Source of the DNA: Candidatus Bathyarchaeota archaeon
GTDB taxonomy: Archaea > Thermoproteota > Bathyarchaeia > 40CM-2-53-6
Reading direction: 5' to 3'
Assembly (NCBI GenBank): GCA_963753065.1
Contig: CAVWAQ010000002.1
Span: 74,185 to 138,184, forward strand
DNA length: 64,000 nucleotides
The position numbers and the translations under genes are program-made. This document shows positions 1-9,568 of the stretch, piece by piece. Position 1 is the first letter of the stretch, and each line of letters begins with the position of its first letter. A model generated the notes under the pieces. It was not told where the DNA came from, did not search any database, and was given only the letters and a program-made list of their open reading frames with translations.

Positions 1-2
1 TG

Positions 3-1208
3 AGCATCACGTCCGGAATGCCTCCTTTCGCGACATACAACTTCGTTCCTCCGGCGCCGCAGCCACCGGAGAACGGTGCCGTGACCTCAACCCTCACGGT
101 CGCAGTACCTCTGAGTACTCCAGTGGGGACTTACCTCCTTAATGTGACAGGGCACGACACATCGAGTCCCGTCGTCGTGAGATGGACCCTCGTCACGTTG
201 AACGTGACGCTCGCGCCTGCCGACTTCAGCGTCTGCGTATCTCCGAACTCTCTTACAATCAACACGACAGAATCCAAGAACGCAATTGTCACAGTCACTT
301 CGATCGGGACGTTCAATCACAATGTAACGCTCAACGTGACGGGATTGCCCGCGCACGTAACGGCAACCTTCACGCCTGCTGCGCCGCAGCCACCACCAGG
401 GGGCTCTGCAGACTCGATAATGAGAATCACGGTAGGCGCGGATGCGGTCAATGGCACTTATCATCTCCTCATAATAGGCTCGAATGGCACATGCGGGCCA
501 TCGTGCACGAGAGACACGACAACGGCCCCCTGCAGTCTGCAGTTCTTCACACTTAGAATAGAAAAGCCACCTCCCACCTCAATCCCATGGTTAACGCTGC
601 TGCTCATTCTTCTGGCTGCCTTGGTAGGAGTCGTCCTTGGCATCCTCGCGTTTGCGTTGTCGTCCCGAGGTCCTTCCGCCACTGGCGGAATGATGTATGT
701 CGTTCCAGTAAACGCACAACGCATGCGTTGTCCAAACTGCGGGAATCCGATCGCGCTAGATACGGTGTACTGCCCGTTCTGTGGGTGGAGGCGGGGATCG
801 CCTGTCGCAATTGGAGTCGTTGGCCTAGCCGTGACTCCCAGGCGTCGGATTCGTGAGAGAAGAGCCGTATGGGGGTTTGTGTTGGCGATGATAGGAGGGA
901 TTCTGATACTCGTGAACACAGTCGCACTGCTTTCCCCGACTTTCTGGGGGCCTCCAACTGGATGGTCCGCTGTCTTTTGGTGGTTAGGCGGTTCATCAGG
1001 TCTGGGGCAGCCTATTGCGGTCCTAATAGGCCTCATCTGCGGGCTCACCGTAATCGCCGGTGGCATTATGATGTTGATGAGGCGAGGCCCGATTGGAGCG
1101 ATCATAACGTTCCCATTTGCTGTGTTGAGCTTCGTGATGGGCGGAGGGTTCATCGTGGGGGGAATTCTCGGGATCGTGGCAGGCATCTTGGGAATGGTCA
1201 GAAGATAG
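3..1208 (+). CDS. Surface/membrane protein, probably 5'-partial: Thr/Pro-rich beta-sandwich repeats, TM helix, zinc ribbon, C-terminal multi-TM region
   Basis: Frame is open from the window start; repeated F.P.APQPP..G...S.. units; hydrophobic WLTLLLILLAALVGVVLGIL; CPNCG...CPFCG; Gly-rich hydrophobic tail. Confidence 0.7.
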   Translation, partial: SITSGMPPFATYNFVPPAPQPPENGAVTSTLTVAVPLSTPVGTYLLNVTGHDTSSPVVVRWTLVTLNVTLAPADFSVCVSPNSLTINTTESKNAIVTVTSIGTFNHNVTLNVTGLPAHVTATFTPAAPQPPPGGSADSIMRITVGADAVNGTYHLLIIGSNGTCGPSCTRDTTTAPCSLQFFTLRIEKPPPTSIPWLTLLLILLAALVGVVLGILAFALSSRGPSATGGMMYVVPVNAQRMRCPNCGNPIALDTVYCPFCGWRRGSPVAIGVVGLAVTPRRRIRERRAVWGFVLAMIGGILILVNTVALLSPTFWGPPTGWSAVFWWLGGSSGLGQPIAVLIGLICGLTVIAGGIMMLMRRGPIGAIITFPFAVLSFVMGGGFIVGGILGIVAGILGMVRR

Positions 1209-1607
1209 GTGTCTGGCAGCGATGCGACACCGTGTCATACCGTGACCAAATCAGGTGTCTAGTGAGCGTCGGATATAAGGGAAAACGCAGTCAATCCATC
1301 GAACTCGGGTGCCGCAGCCGCCTCGTTGTTGAGCCTCGTCTGCGTATCCCAACCGCTTTGTATCCCCGACGTTGACGCGTATGTGCAGGTCAACCTGCCG
1401 TTTTTCACTATTTCCAACATTCAACCACTGACAATAGATGATTCAAGGAATAAGTCATGATTTGACGTATTATATCGCAAGGCGAAATCATGTCAATGGA
1501 ATCTTTCGAGTACTATCGCGACGCCAGCGGATTCTGGCGAGTTAAGAACATCAAAAGGCGCCGCCGCTCCACGATCTAGTACACTATTGCGTGCTGTCGA
1601 CATCCGT

Positions 1608-2777
1608 TCACGCGTGTATCTGTACTATATCTCCGTCAGAGAGTATGTGGCCGATCCCAACACGTTCTCCATCATAGCTTGCGCTCTTTCCCCAGACCCT
1701 TGCATATTTGAACTGGTGATAGAGGACGCTGTGTATTTGGCGGCTTAGTTCACCGACAGTCGTACCTTTCTTGATGATGAAAGGTTCGGGCGAAGGGCGC
1801 GTGGCATTGGGTTCCTTCGTGTAGATTCGGGCAATCTCCAGGACTTCGAATAGTCGCTTTCCAAGGTCCGACAGTCCAGTCCTGGTGAGACAAGAAGCAA
1901 CCAGCACCGACATCTTCAAGTCCATGTTGTCGAGAAGTCGTCGAGCACTTGCGGGGGCATCTATCAAGTCTGCCTTGTTGGCCAACACAATCGTGGGTTT
2001 GTAGATGAGATTGGTTTCGAGGATCACATCCTCAATATCGTCAAGCGTCACGTCCCCCGTTGTACGGACTATCGCGTTTGAAACCCCGTAGCTCTTCAGC
2101 AGTGACGAGACTTCGTCGCGAGTACAACCCATTAGGCGGCCCGTGGCGAAAAGCTGCACGCCCTCAGACCTTGTCTTCTGAATGATAACATTGGATTCCG
2201 ACCTCTGGGTGCTCACCTGCGAGCGACCGAGCTCAGCCAGTATCGCTCCGAGTTGCTCGACAGCGTCAGCGCTCAAGTCGACCATGACGATCAGGCCATC
2301 ACATGTACGCACTAGGTCGGCCGAGCCTTCCTGAAACACAAACCTCCCTCCGCTTCCGGGCACGAGAGCTGGAAGTTCGACGAGCTGAAACTGTACGTCC
2401 TCGAAGAGTAGCATTCCCGGCACGCTCTCTTTCGTTGCGTACGGATATGTCGCCACAACTGGCTTGGCTGCAGTGACGGCGCTTAGGAGACTGCTACGCC
2501 CTACTTTCGTCAAACCAAGAATCGCAATTTGCGCTGCTCCAGTCTTCTGCAGGCTTCGCTCCGTGGCTCTACTGCCACCCCGTCTCCGCTGGACCTGCAC
2601 CTCGGCTTTGAGCAGGGCAATCTTGCGTTTTGTTTGTGCACGGAGACGCTCGTTCCCTTTGTGTTTCGGAATTGCTGAAAGGAATTCCTGCAGTGCAAGT
2701 ATCTTCTCTTTGGCCGTCCTCGCCTGCTCAGCCTTGTTCCATTTGGCCTTCGCTTCAGCTGTAAGGTTCGCAGGCAA
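1608..2777 (-). CDS. DRG/OBG-family GTP-binding protein with TGS domain
   Basis: MPANL N-terminus, PKHKG, degenerate G1 GLTKVGRSS, NKAD, C-terminal TGS (IYTK...ARVWG...DGDIVQIH). Confidence 0.9.
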   Translation of the reverse strand: MPANLTAEAKAKWNKAEQARTAKEKILALQEFLSAIPKHKGNERLRAQTKRKIALLKAEVQVQRRRGGSRATERSLQKTGAAQIAILGLTKVGRSSLLSAVTAAKPVVATYPYATKESVPGMLLFEDVQFQLVELPALVPGSGGRFVFQEGSADLVRTCDGLIVMVDLSADAVEQLGAILAELGRSQVSTQRSESNVIIQKTRSEGVQLFATGRLMGCTRDEVSSLLKSYGVSNAIVRTTGDVTLDDIEDVILETNLIYKPTIVLANKADLIDAPASARRLLDNMDLKMSVLVASCLTRTGLSDLGKRLFEVLEIARIYTKEPNATRPSPEPFIIKKGTTVGELSRQIHSVLYHQFKYARVWGKSASYDGERVGIGHILSDGDIVQIHA

Positions 2778-2959
2778 GGGCGATCCTGTAGATCAACCAC
2801 AGATCGATTCGGAAAAAGCTTGGCGTTGGAACGCATCGGCCCGATACACGCTTCATGCTATCGTCAGCTGGTGCGCGAGTCAGGCAGGTGTGAGTATCTT
2901 TAAATATGTTCTCGGCCTTAACGCGTCGTCACCAATTCAAGGAGCTTTAGAATCGCATA

Positions 2960-3268
2960 ATGGCGGAAGTCTGTTCGACGTGCGGTCTCCCAAAGGATCT
3001 TTGCGTCTGTGGCACTATTAGCATGGAACAACAGCTTGTGAAGGTCCGCCTTGAAACAAGGAAGTGGGGTAAGCCCACTACTGTCATCGAAGGGATCGAT
3101 GCAAAGAGCGTTGACCTTGACAGTTTGGCTGGGAAGCTGAAGAGCTACTGTGCTTGTGGTGGAACCGCAAAAGACAACCAGATACTCCTCCAGGGCGATC
3201 ATCGAGACAAGGTTCGCAAGATTCTCGTACAACAGGGCTTTCCTGAATCAAGCATTGAGATACACTGA
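2960..3268 (+). CDS. sui1: Translation initiation factor aIF-1 (SUI1)
   Basis: CSTCGLPKDLCVC, GKPTTVIEG, LKSYCACGGT, LQGDHR. Confidence 0.95.
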   Translation: MAEVCSTCGLPKDLCVCGTISMEQQLVKVRLETRKWGKPTTVIEGIDAKSVDLDSLAGKLKSYCACGGTAKDNQILLQGDHRDKVRKILVQQGFPESSIEIH

Positions 3269-3290
3269 CGGTATTCGAGGGGAGGCTAAG

Positions 3291-3527
3291 GTGAACCGGT
3301 TCATCGAAGTAGTGAAAGCGCTCAGGGGTCGCAGCCGATCGGCTGTCGCATGTCCGCAATGTGGAAGTCTGAACATAGCCAAGTCAACCGGGATGGACGG
3401 ATGGATGCTTCCCCCATTGTATCTCTGTCGTGATTGTGGATATGCGGGAAGAGTTGTTCTAGAGATTCAGGCCCAGGACACGTGCCGGGAGGGCTCCGGG
3501 GATGAGAAGAACGCGACGGTACGTTAA
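3291..3527 (+). CDS. Small zinc-ribbon protein
   Basis: GTG start after GGAGG; CPQCGS...YLCRDCGY. Confidence 0.7.
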   Translation: MNRFIEVVKALRGRSRSAVACPQCGSLNIAKSTGMDGWMLPPLYLCRDCGYAGRVVLEIQAQDTCREGSGDEKNATVR

Positions 3528-3608
3528 CGTTCCATATTCGGAACGTTAATATTCTCCCGTTCCGTTGGCTACGCTCTCTCAAACCCGACGAGACGCGGAT
3601 AGATCCGA

Positions 3609-4511
3609 ATGCTCAATCAGGATGCAAGTCAAAGCACAACCACACGCTCTTGCAGGATCCTCAGCGTACTCATCATACTTGTCCTTGCTGCTGCACTGAC
3701 GATGGGTGTCGCTCATGCAGAGGCCACACCGGTCGAGAGGTCTGAGTCGATAGATCTGCGTGCGGGTGATTGGCTTTCAGTATCCAGCAACAGAGAGTCG
3801 CTCCAGTCAATCGAGATTACAGGAAACCTATCTGCGGTCCAGCTCCCTTCATCCCTGCGTTACCCGGCAGACAGCTTCAACATGACCTCTTACGCCCAGG
3901 GCCATTACTCAATCACAATGGCTTTCAGCTTTCCTTCAGAGTACAACGTAGTCATCCTAGTCAACGTGAGCAATGCAGCTAGAAAAGAAATTGCCTCATA
4001 CTATTTCTCCTCGGGCCAACTGCTTCTCACAATCGATCTGAATTTCAGCGCACCTGACCCGGGTATCGCAGGTACTCACGGCACTGGGTGGGACGATTTC
4101 GCAAGCTGGACAGCTCGTTTCGGAGCTGCCTTTCCGCTTTGGGTCAAGCTGCTGTATGCAGTACTCGGATTCCAATTCGCCGTGGTAGGATACAAGTGGA
4201 TCAGATTCGAGAACGATGCAAGACAAGACAAGTCCTCGATGTCAAGATTCGACAGAGGGAACCTGCTCTATCTTTGGAGCGAGGTACTCTCCAAGCTCCT
4301 CCTAACTGCATTGCTTGTAATTGCAGCAGCGATGAGTGGACAGTTCATTCTGCTTTCAGTTCTGAAATTCATGTTTCTCGCGCAAGTCAACATGCTGAAT
4401 CTCTGGGACCTGTACGTGTTGGGATTCGCGGCGGGAATAGCAGTGATCGCTTACTGCTTCAAGCTCGTTCTCCAAAAATCGTTTGACCTTAACCCATTGT
4501 TCCAGGACTGA
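3609..4511 (+). CDS. Hypothetical membrane protein (signal peptide, extracellular beta domain, ~3 C-terminal TM helices)
   Basis: N-terminal hydrophobic stretch ending AHA-E; three hydrophobic segments; ends 5 bp before the AAA-Lon gene. Confidence 0.7.
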   Translation: MLNQDASQSTTTRSCRILSVLIILVLAAALTMGVAHAEATPVERSESIDLRAGDWLSVSSNRESLQSIEITGNLSAVQLPSSLRYPADSFNMTSYAQGHYSITMAFSFPSEYNVVILVNVSNAARKEIASYYFSSGQLLLTIDLNFSAPDPGIAGTHGTGWDDFASWTARFGAAFPLWVKLLYAVLGFQFAVVGYKWIRFENDARQDKSSMSRFDRGNLLYLWSEVLSKLLLTALLVIAAAMSGQFILLSVLKFMFLAQVNMLNLWDLYVLGFAAGIAVIAYCFKLVLQKSFDLNPLFQD

Positions 4512-4516
4512 CCGAA

Positions 4517-7303
4517 ATGGATTCACAGCAAGCAGTCCAGGCTGAAAAAGACAGGGCGATCCAGTACCTGTTCGGATCCCGAGTCCCATGGTGGGCTAAA
4601 CACAGGTGGCTCCGCTTGGCCTTCTATCTGCCTCTCAACGCACTGGACAGGAACTTCAGCAGGTGGAAGAGGGCGCGAGTTTCGCCTAGACGATTCCGCC
4701 GTCTCAAAGAGCGCCTAGACCGTCAGTATCCGCCCGAGACATACTCTCCACGCAATCTGATTGGTAGAGAGAAGGAGTTCAACCTCCTGCTAGACGCATT
4801 TCGATTGCATGTGCTGAGACATCCGGTTCTGGAGAAACTGTTCACGAGAGAGGAGTTGCCGAAGGCCTTCTGTCTAAGCGGCCAAAGCGGAACCGGCAAG
4901 ACATTCCTGACAATGGTTTCACTAAAGCAGATGCTGCTTGAAGGGCATTCGAACGGAGTCTTGGTCTCCCCTGTAATAGTCAGGGGCTCTGATGTATATT
5001 CTGAGTTCTATGGGCGAAGCACAAAGCAGCTTGGCAAGATATTGGATCAGGCCGCCTCTACACCCTCAGTCGTGTACATCGACGAGTTCCAGAGCCTCGG
5101 CAAAAAGGTCAGGGGTGAGACCGGCACTGAGATGGAGGATACGCGCGTCCAAGACGAGCTGAATCGCTGGCTCGACAAGATCACCTCAGGGCCATCCAGG
5201 ACACTTGTGGTGGTTGCCACTAACGCGTACGAGCAGACTCGTGAGGACATCCGAAGGCGGATGATGCGCATCGACTTGGATGCAGGAGTGACTCGCGAGA
5301 TGCTTCTCGCTCTAATTGAGGACTCCTTGCAGCACGAGGGATGGAAAGGGGTTTCTCCGATGGAGATTCTCGAAGTACTAGAACGTGAGGCGACAATACG
5401 TCGTAGAGGTTCCATAACTCCGAATGATGTCAGATCCGTCTTCAGAGAAGTCAAGAAAGCCAGAGAGACCCCGGTATTGGAGACGCTAAGAAAGAACCTC
5501 ACCTTCGCGCTTCCACAACTCCCGGTCACTAGGCACAGAGTCAAGATTGAGGAGTTCATTGCTGCATCCAAGAACATGAAACTGTACTCGGAACAGGAGA
5601 AATCCCGCGAAGTCATGGATGCAGTCTACCTGATCCGTCCAAAGGAAACCCGGCAGCAAATTGGAGGACTACACGAGATCAAGGATCGTATCCTCAACGA
5701 AATCTCATTGGCGTTTAATCCAAAGATGGCAGACCTGGGCTACGATTCGAACTGCCGATTTCTCTTGCTTGGCCCGCCGGGAACAGGGAAGACTCTACTA
5801 GCGTTGGTTGCGGCCGCAGAAAACAACGTCGCTTTCATCAAGGTTAGGGGAGGCGAATTGATGAGCGGCGCCTCGTACCATGGCGAGCCCGAACGGCGAA
5901 TTAAGGAACTGTTCGGACTTGCGAGACAGCGTAGCCCGTGCATTCTCTTCCTAGATGAGGCCGACGCGATCTTCTGGGGAGGAGATGCAACAAGCAACAA
6001 GCTTCTAGCCCAAGTCAAGTCTGAGCTGAGCGAGCTAACCTCCAAGGACAGAATCGTGGTGATCGCAACGTCGAACAAGGAAGAGCTCATCGACAGGGCG
6101 ACTCGGGATAGATTCGAGCCCCACGTCTACACTGTACCACCCCCGCAGAATGACGACGAATGGAACGAAGTTGTTGAGATACACCTTCTGAAGATCAAAC
6201 CGTACCTAGCTCCAGACGTTGAGGCAAAGAAGATCACACGTATGTTCAGACGCGAGCGGATCTTGAGCCCCCGAGGGGTCGCCGAGACCATCACGGAGGC
6301 GCACAGGTTATGGGTGTCAGAAATCGGCGCGGCCAACGAAGTCCGGGCAGCCACAGACCAAGAGAAGAGAACGACGGTACAGGTGCGATTTCGGGCGGAC
6401 CTCGAGAGGATCGAGCATTTGCTTCCGGCAGTCAAGAGGGATCTATCGTTTCTGGATCAAGTTCAGGTCGATACGTACAGGCTCACACTGCAGCATTTCG
6501 AGTGGGCGCTGAACTCCCTTGAGACTCCGGAAGACAGACATGCTCGAGAGCTAACGGAATCCCTGATTCTCCCCGAGCCAACGCCTGGGGTCGCATACGG
6601 CCTATACACAACCTCTCACGGCGTCGGCGGAATCATGGCGGTGCAATGCAGCGTCAGGCCCATAGTGCCTGGGGAACGGCAAGTGTCAGTTACTGGTCAA
6701 GCAACATCGGTCGTGCTGGGTCAATCTGCAGTTCCAGATCGTTCGGTCGTGCAGAGTGCAGAGAATGCGGTTGAGGCAGTCAGAGGATGGTTGTGGAATG
6801 CGGCTAGGATTGAACTAAACGAAATGCACGTCCACTTCCAGATGAGGAGTCTATCAGAGGGCGCTCCGGGTCAAGGGGTCTCCGGTCCGAGTGCGGGCCT
6901 AACCATGTTCGTTGCGCTTGTGTCCGAGCTGGCAAACATGAGATGCCATGTCTCGAAAGTCATGACCGGCACCATCGGCATAAAGCTAGACGTCGGGCCG
7001 GTAGGCGGTCTCGGTGGTTTTGGCTCGGAGACGGGGAAGCTCGTTGGGATCCTGAAGACAAAAAGAGTACGAATAACGGATCTGTTCGTGCCAAGAATTA
7101 ACTACGAGAAGGCTCGTGACGAGATGAACGTGCTGAGCGACGAAGGCATCGCCATTCACCCGATCGTTTCGGCGCATGAGACATGGGAGCCTATGTTTGG
7201 CTTGAGCGAGAGCGTCATCCTTGAGAGAATATGCTCACGTCAAGCAGAGGAAAGTCATGGTGGAAAAAAAGGGACGATAACGAACTGCGTACCTACACGT
7301 TGA
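4517..7303 (+). CDS. Tandem AAA ATPase (Cdc48-like D1+D2) fused to a Lon/S16 serine peptidase domain
   Basis: Walker A GQSGTGKT and GPPGTGKT; Walker B VYIDE and LFLDE; C-terminal GPSAG...MTGTI...GPVGG...K. Confidence 0.85.
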   Translation: MDSQQAVQAEKDRAIQYLFGSRVPWWAKHRWLRLAFYLPLNALDRNFSRWKRARVSPRRFRRLKERLDRQYPPETYSPRNLIGREKEFNLLLDAFRLHVLRHPVLEKLFTREELPKAFCLSGQSGTGKTFLTMVSLKQMLLEGHSNGVLVSPVIVRGSDVYSEFYGRSTKQLGKILDQAASTPSVVYIDEFQSLGKKVRGETGTEMEDTRVQDELNRWLDKITSGPSRTLVVVATNAYEQTREDIRRRMMRIDLDAGVTREMLLALIEDSLQHEGWKGVSPMEILEVLEREATIRRRGSITPNDVRSVFREVKKARETPVLETLRKNLTFALPQLPVTRHRVKIEEFIAASKNMKLYSEQEKSREVMDAVYLIRPKETRQQIGGLHEIKDRILNEISLAFNPKMADLGYDSNCRFLLLGPPGTGKTLLALVAAAENNVAFIKVRGGELMSGASYHGEPERRIKELFGLARQRSPCILFLDEADAIFWGGDATSNKLLAQVKSELSELTSKDRIVVIATSNKEELIDRATRDRFEPHVYTVPPPQNDDEWNEVVEIHLLKIKPYLAPDVEAKKITRMFRRERILSPRGVAETITEAHRLWVSEIGAANEVRAATDQEKRTTVQVRFRADLERIEHLLPAVKRDLSFLDQVQVDTYRLTLQHFEWALNSLETPEDRHARELTESLILPEPTPGVAYGLYTTSHGVGGIMAVQCSVRPIVPGERQVSVTGQATSVVLGQSAVPDRSVVQSAENAVEAVRGWLWNAARIELNEMHVHFQMRSLSEGAPGQGVSGPSAGLTMFVALVSELANMRCHVSKVMTGTIGIKLDVGPVGGLGGFGSETGKLVGILKTKRVRITDLFVPRINYEKARDEMNVLSDEGIAIHPIVSAHETWEPMFGLSESVILERICSRQAEESHGGKKGTITNCVPTR

Positions 7304-8219
7304 GGCTGAGGGACTCCTTGAGGCCCTTGTATCTATTGCGAACAGTGACTTCAGTCACGTTCGCGACTTCAGCGATCTCCTTCTGAGTTTTCTTCTCTTG
7401 CTCAAGCACACATGCGACGTAGAGCGCTGCAGCGGCTAGGCCCATGGGGTCTTTGCCTGCAACAATGCCTTTCCTTCGTGCTTCGTTGATGATGTCCATG
7501 GCTCGTCTTTGGGTCGGCATGCTAATGTCGACCTTGGTCGCTATTTTTGAGACGCATTTGACTGGATCCTCGACGGGCATCCTGAGGTCAAGTTCTCTGA
7601 CGAGGAGTCGATAGCATCGAGCGACATCTTTCTTCCGTATACGTGTCGCTCCCGCCAGATCCTTAAGTGTCCTTGGTGTCTCCGAGAGTCGGCATGCAGC
7701 GTAGAGGGAAGCTGCCGCGATCGCCGCGATCGATCTTCCTCTCACAAGTCCGCTTTCGAGAGCTTTTCGATATATGATGGCGGCTCTTTCTTTGATTGGG
7801 TTGGGGATGTGAAGTTTGTCGGTCAGTCTGTCGAGGTCAGCCATTGCCTGAGCGAGGTTCCGATCAGCGGATGAATGAACTCGGGTCCTAATCTGCCACT
7901 TGCGAAGTCTGAGCATTTCTAGGCGGGTCGCCAATGGCAGCTGACGCCCGTACGCATCTCTATTCACTCTATCAATGACCGTAGATAGGCCCTTGTCGTG
8001 GATAGAGAACGAAGTTGGGAGGCCGACACGCCCCCTTTCATCTCTCTCTTCCTTCGTAAAAGCCCGCCACTCTGGTCCACGATTAATCGCATGTTCACTC
8101 AGAACGAGGCCGCAATTTTGACAGATTACCTCTCCTAGATCAAAGTCTTCGACGAGGTTGTTGCTCGCGCATTCGGGGCAGTTCGTTATCTTTCCAATCT
8201 TCTTGGTCGTTGCGGCCAT
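7293..8219 (-). CDS. tfb: Transcription initiation factor IIB
   Basis: CPEC/CQNCG zinc ribbon, GPEWRAF, HDKGLST, two cyclin repeats, VTEVTVRNRYK. Confidence 0.97.
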   Translation of the reverse strand: MAATTKKIGKITNCPECASNNLVEDFDLGEVICQNCGLVLSEHAINRGPEWRAFTKEERDERGRVGLPTSFSIHDKGLSTVIDRVNRDAYGRQLPLATRLEMLRLRKWQIRTRVHSSADRNLAQAMADLDRLTDKLHIPNPIKERAAIIYRKALESGLVRGRSIAAIAAASLYAACRLSETPRTLKDLAGATRIRKKDVARCYRLLVRELDLRMPVEDPVKCVSKIATKVDISMPTQRRAMDIINEARRKGIVAGKDPMGLAAAALYVACVLEQEKKTQKEIAEVANVTEVTVRNRYKGLKESLSLNV

Positions 8220-8639
8220 TTTTTTCTCCACTCTCCATACTTCGGCGTGCCTACACCATCTGTCGCCAAAACGCACCTTCACAACGCAGTCGGGGACGGA
8301 AGGCGGCCATTTGGTCGGAAGGCATAATAGCCTCGTAATAGTCGTATAAAAAACTTGTCCAAAAAGAGAATATAACCCTCCACTTGAAGCTCCATGACCC
8401 CTCCGTGACGTGACAAAATGACTCCGGATCAGAATTTGGGCCTTGAGAATGCAAAATCGCGCCCAAGAGGGCTCAAATTGGACGAAAACCGACCATCTGA
8501 GACGGTGATGGGCAAGACCGGTGACATGTGGGCGCGAGTCGGGTAAGAGCGTTGAGATCGTGCGAAACGCTGCTCGATCTGCTTATCTTTCAGCAACCTT
8601 TTGAGCGCAGACGGAAATGAGGCGGGCGGGGATTCGCGA

Positions 8640-9554
8640 GTGTCAAGGGACGACGATGTAGTTGCGGCGATAGGGAAAGTCCAAGCCAGTGTTACTAACA
8701 TCAACACTATTCGTTTCGAGAGGGATGCGTTCCTGCATGTGCACCCGGCTCGGGGTATCGGTTCCGGATTCATTATCGATGACAAGGGGCACATCCTCAC
8801 CAATCATCACATCACAACTGGCTCGCGTGAGATCGAGGTTGCGTTGACAGACGGTAGAGCTTTCGAAGGAAAGCTCGTCGGGTCAGATCCTGCCAACGAT
8901 CTCGCCGTCGTGAGGATTGACACACGCGATCTGCCTGTGGCCGAACTGGGCAATTCAAGTGAGTTACGAGTGGGTCAGACGGTCATCGCCATCGGGAACC
9001 CATTTGGGTTGGCTGGTGGGCCCTCAGTCACAGTGGGAGTTGTCAGCGCGCTAAATCGTCACATCTTAGCGGAAAGAGTGTACGAGAACTTGATTCAGAC
9101 AGACGCGTCTATCAATCCTGGCAACAGTGGCGGCCCTTTGCTCGACTTGACAGGCAAAGTCATCGGGATCAACACCGCCAATATCCCCGGCGCTCAAGGT
9201 ATTGGATTCGCAATCCCAATCAATACGGCAAAAGCGGTCCTGGACGACATCGTAAAGTACGGCAGAGTCACCCGGCCTTGGTTGGGAGTCATCGGCCTCG
9301 ATGTTTCCCGCGAAGTCGCGCGAAGGTTCAGCTTGGCCGTTGGTTCTGGAATCTTCGTGATGCAAATAATCCCAGAGAGTCCAGCCGAACGCGCACAACT
9401 GCAGTCGGGCGATGTGATCGTAGGAATTGATAACACGCACCTCGATTCCATGGAAGGCCTGCAGAGAGAAATAAGAACACGAAGAGCTGGCGACGGTGTC
9501 TCTCTCGTTGTCGTGAGAGGATCCGAAGAAGGGAAAGTGAGGGTCACGCTGTAG
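8640..9554 (+). CDS. htrA: HtrA/DegP-like serine protease with one PDZ domain
   Basis: GSGFII, TNHH, DLAV, QTDASINPGNSGGPL, PWLGV PDZ; start codon uncertain (8601 or 8640). Confidence 0.92.
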   Translation: MSRDDDVVAAIGKVQASVTNINTIRFERDAFLHVHPARGIGSGFIIDDKGHILTNHHITTGSREIEVALTDGRAFEGKLVGSDPANDLAVVRIDTRDLPVAELGNSSELRVGQTVIAIGNPFGLAGGPSVTVGVVSALNRHILAERVYENLIQTDASINPGNSGGPLLDLTGKVIGINTANIPGAQGIGFAIPINTAKAVLDDIVKYGRVTRPWLGVIGLDVSREVARRFSLAVGSGIFVMQIIPESPAERAQLQSGDVIVGIDNTHLDSMEGLQREIRTRRAGDGVSLVVVRGSEEGKVRVTL

Positions 9555-9568
9555 AGCTAGTGTTCCAG

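Noticed and set aside
8350-8600. Possible structured RNA between tfb and htrA
   Set aside because: Only an imperfect inverted repeat; no RNase P or SRP signature recognised.
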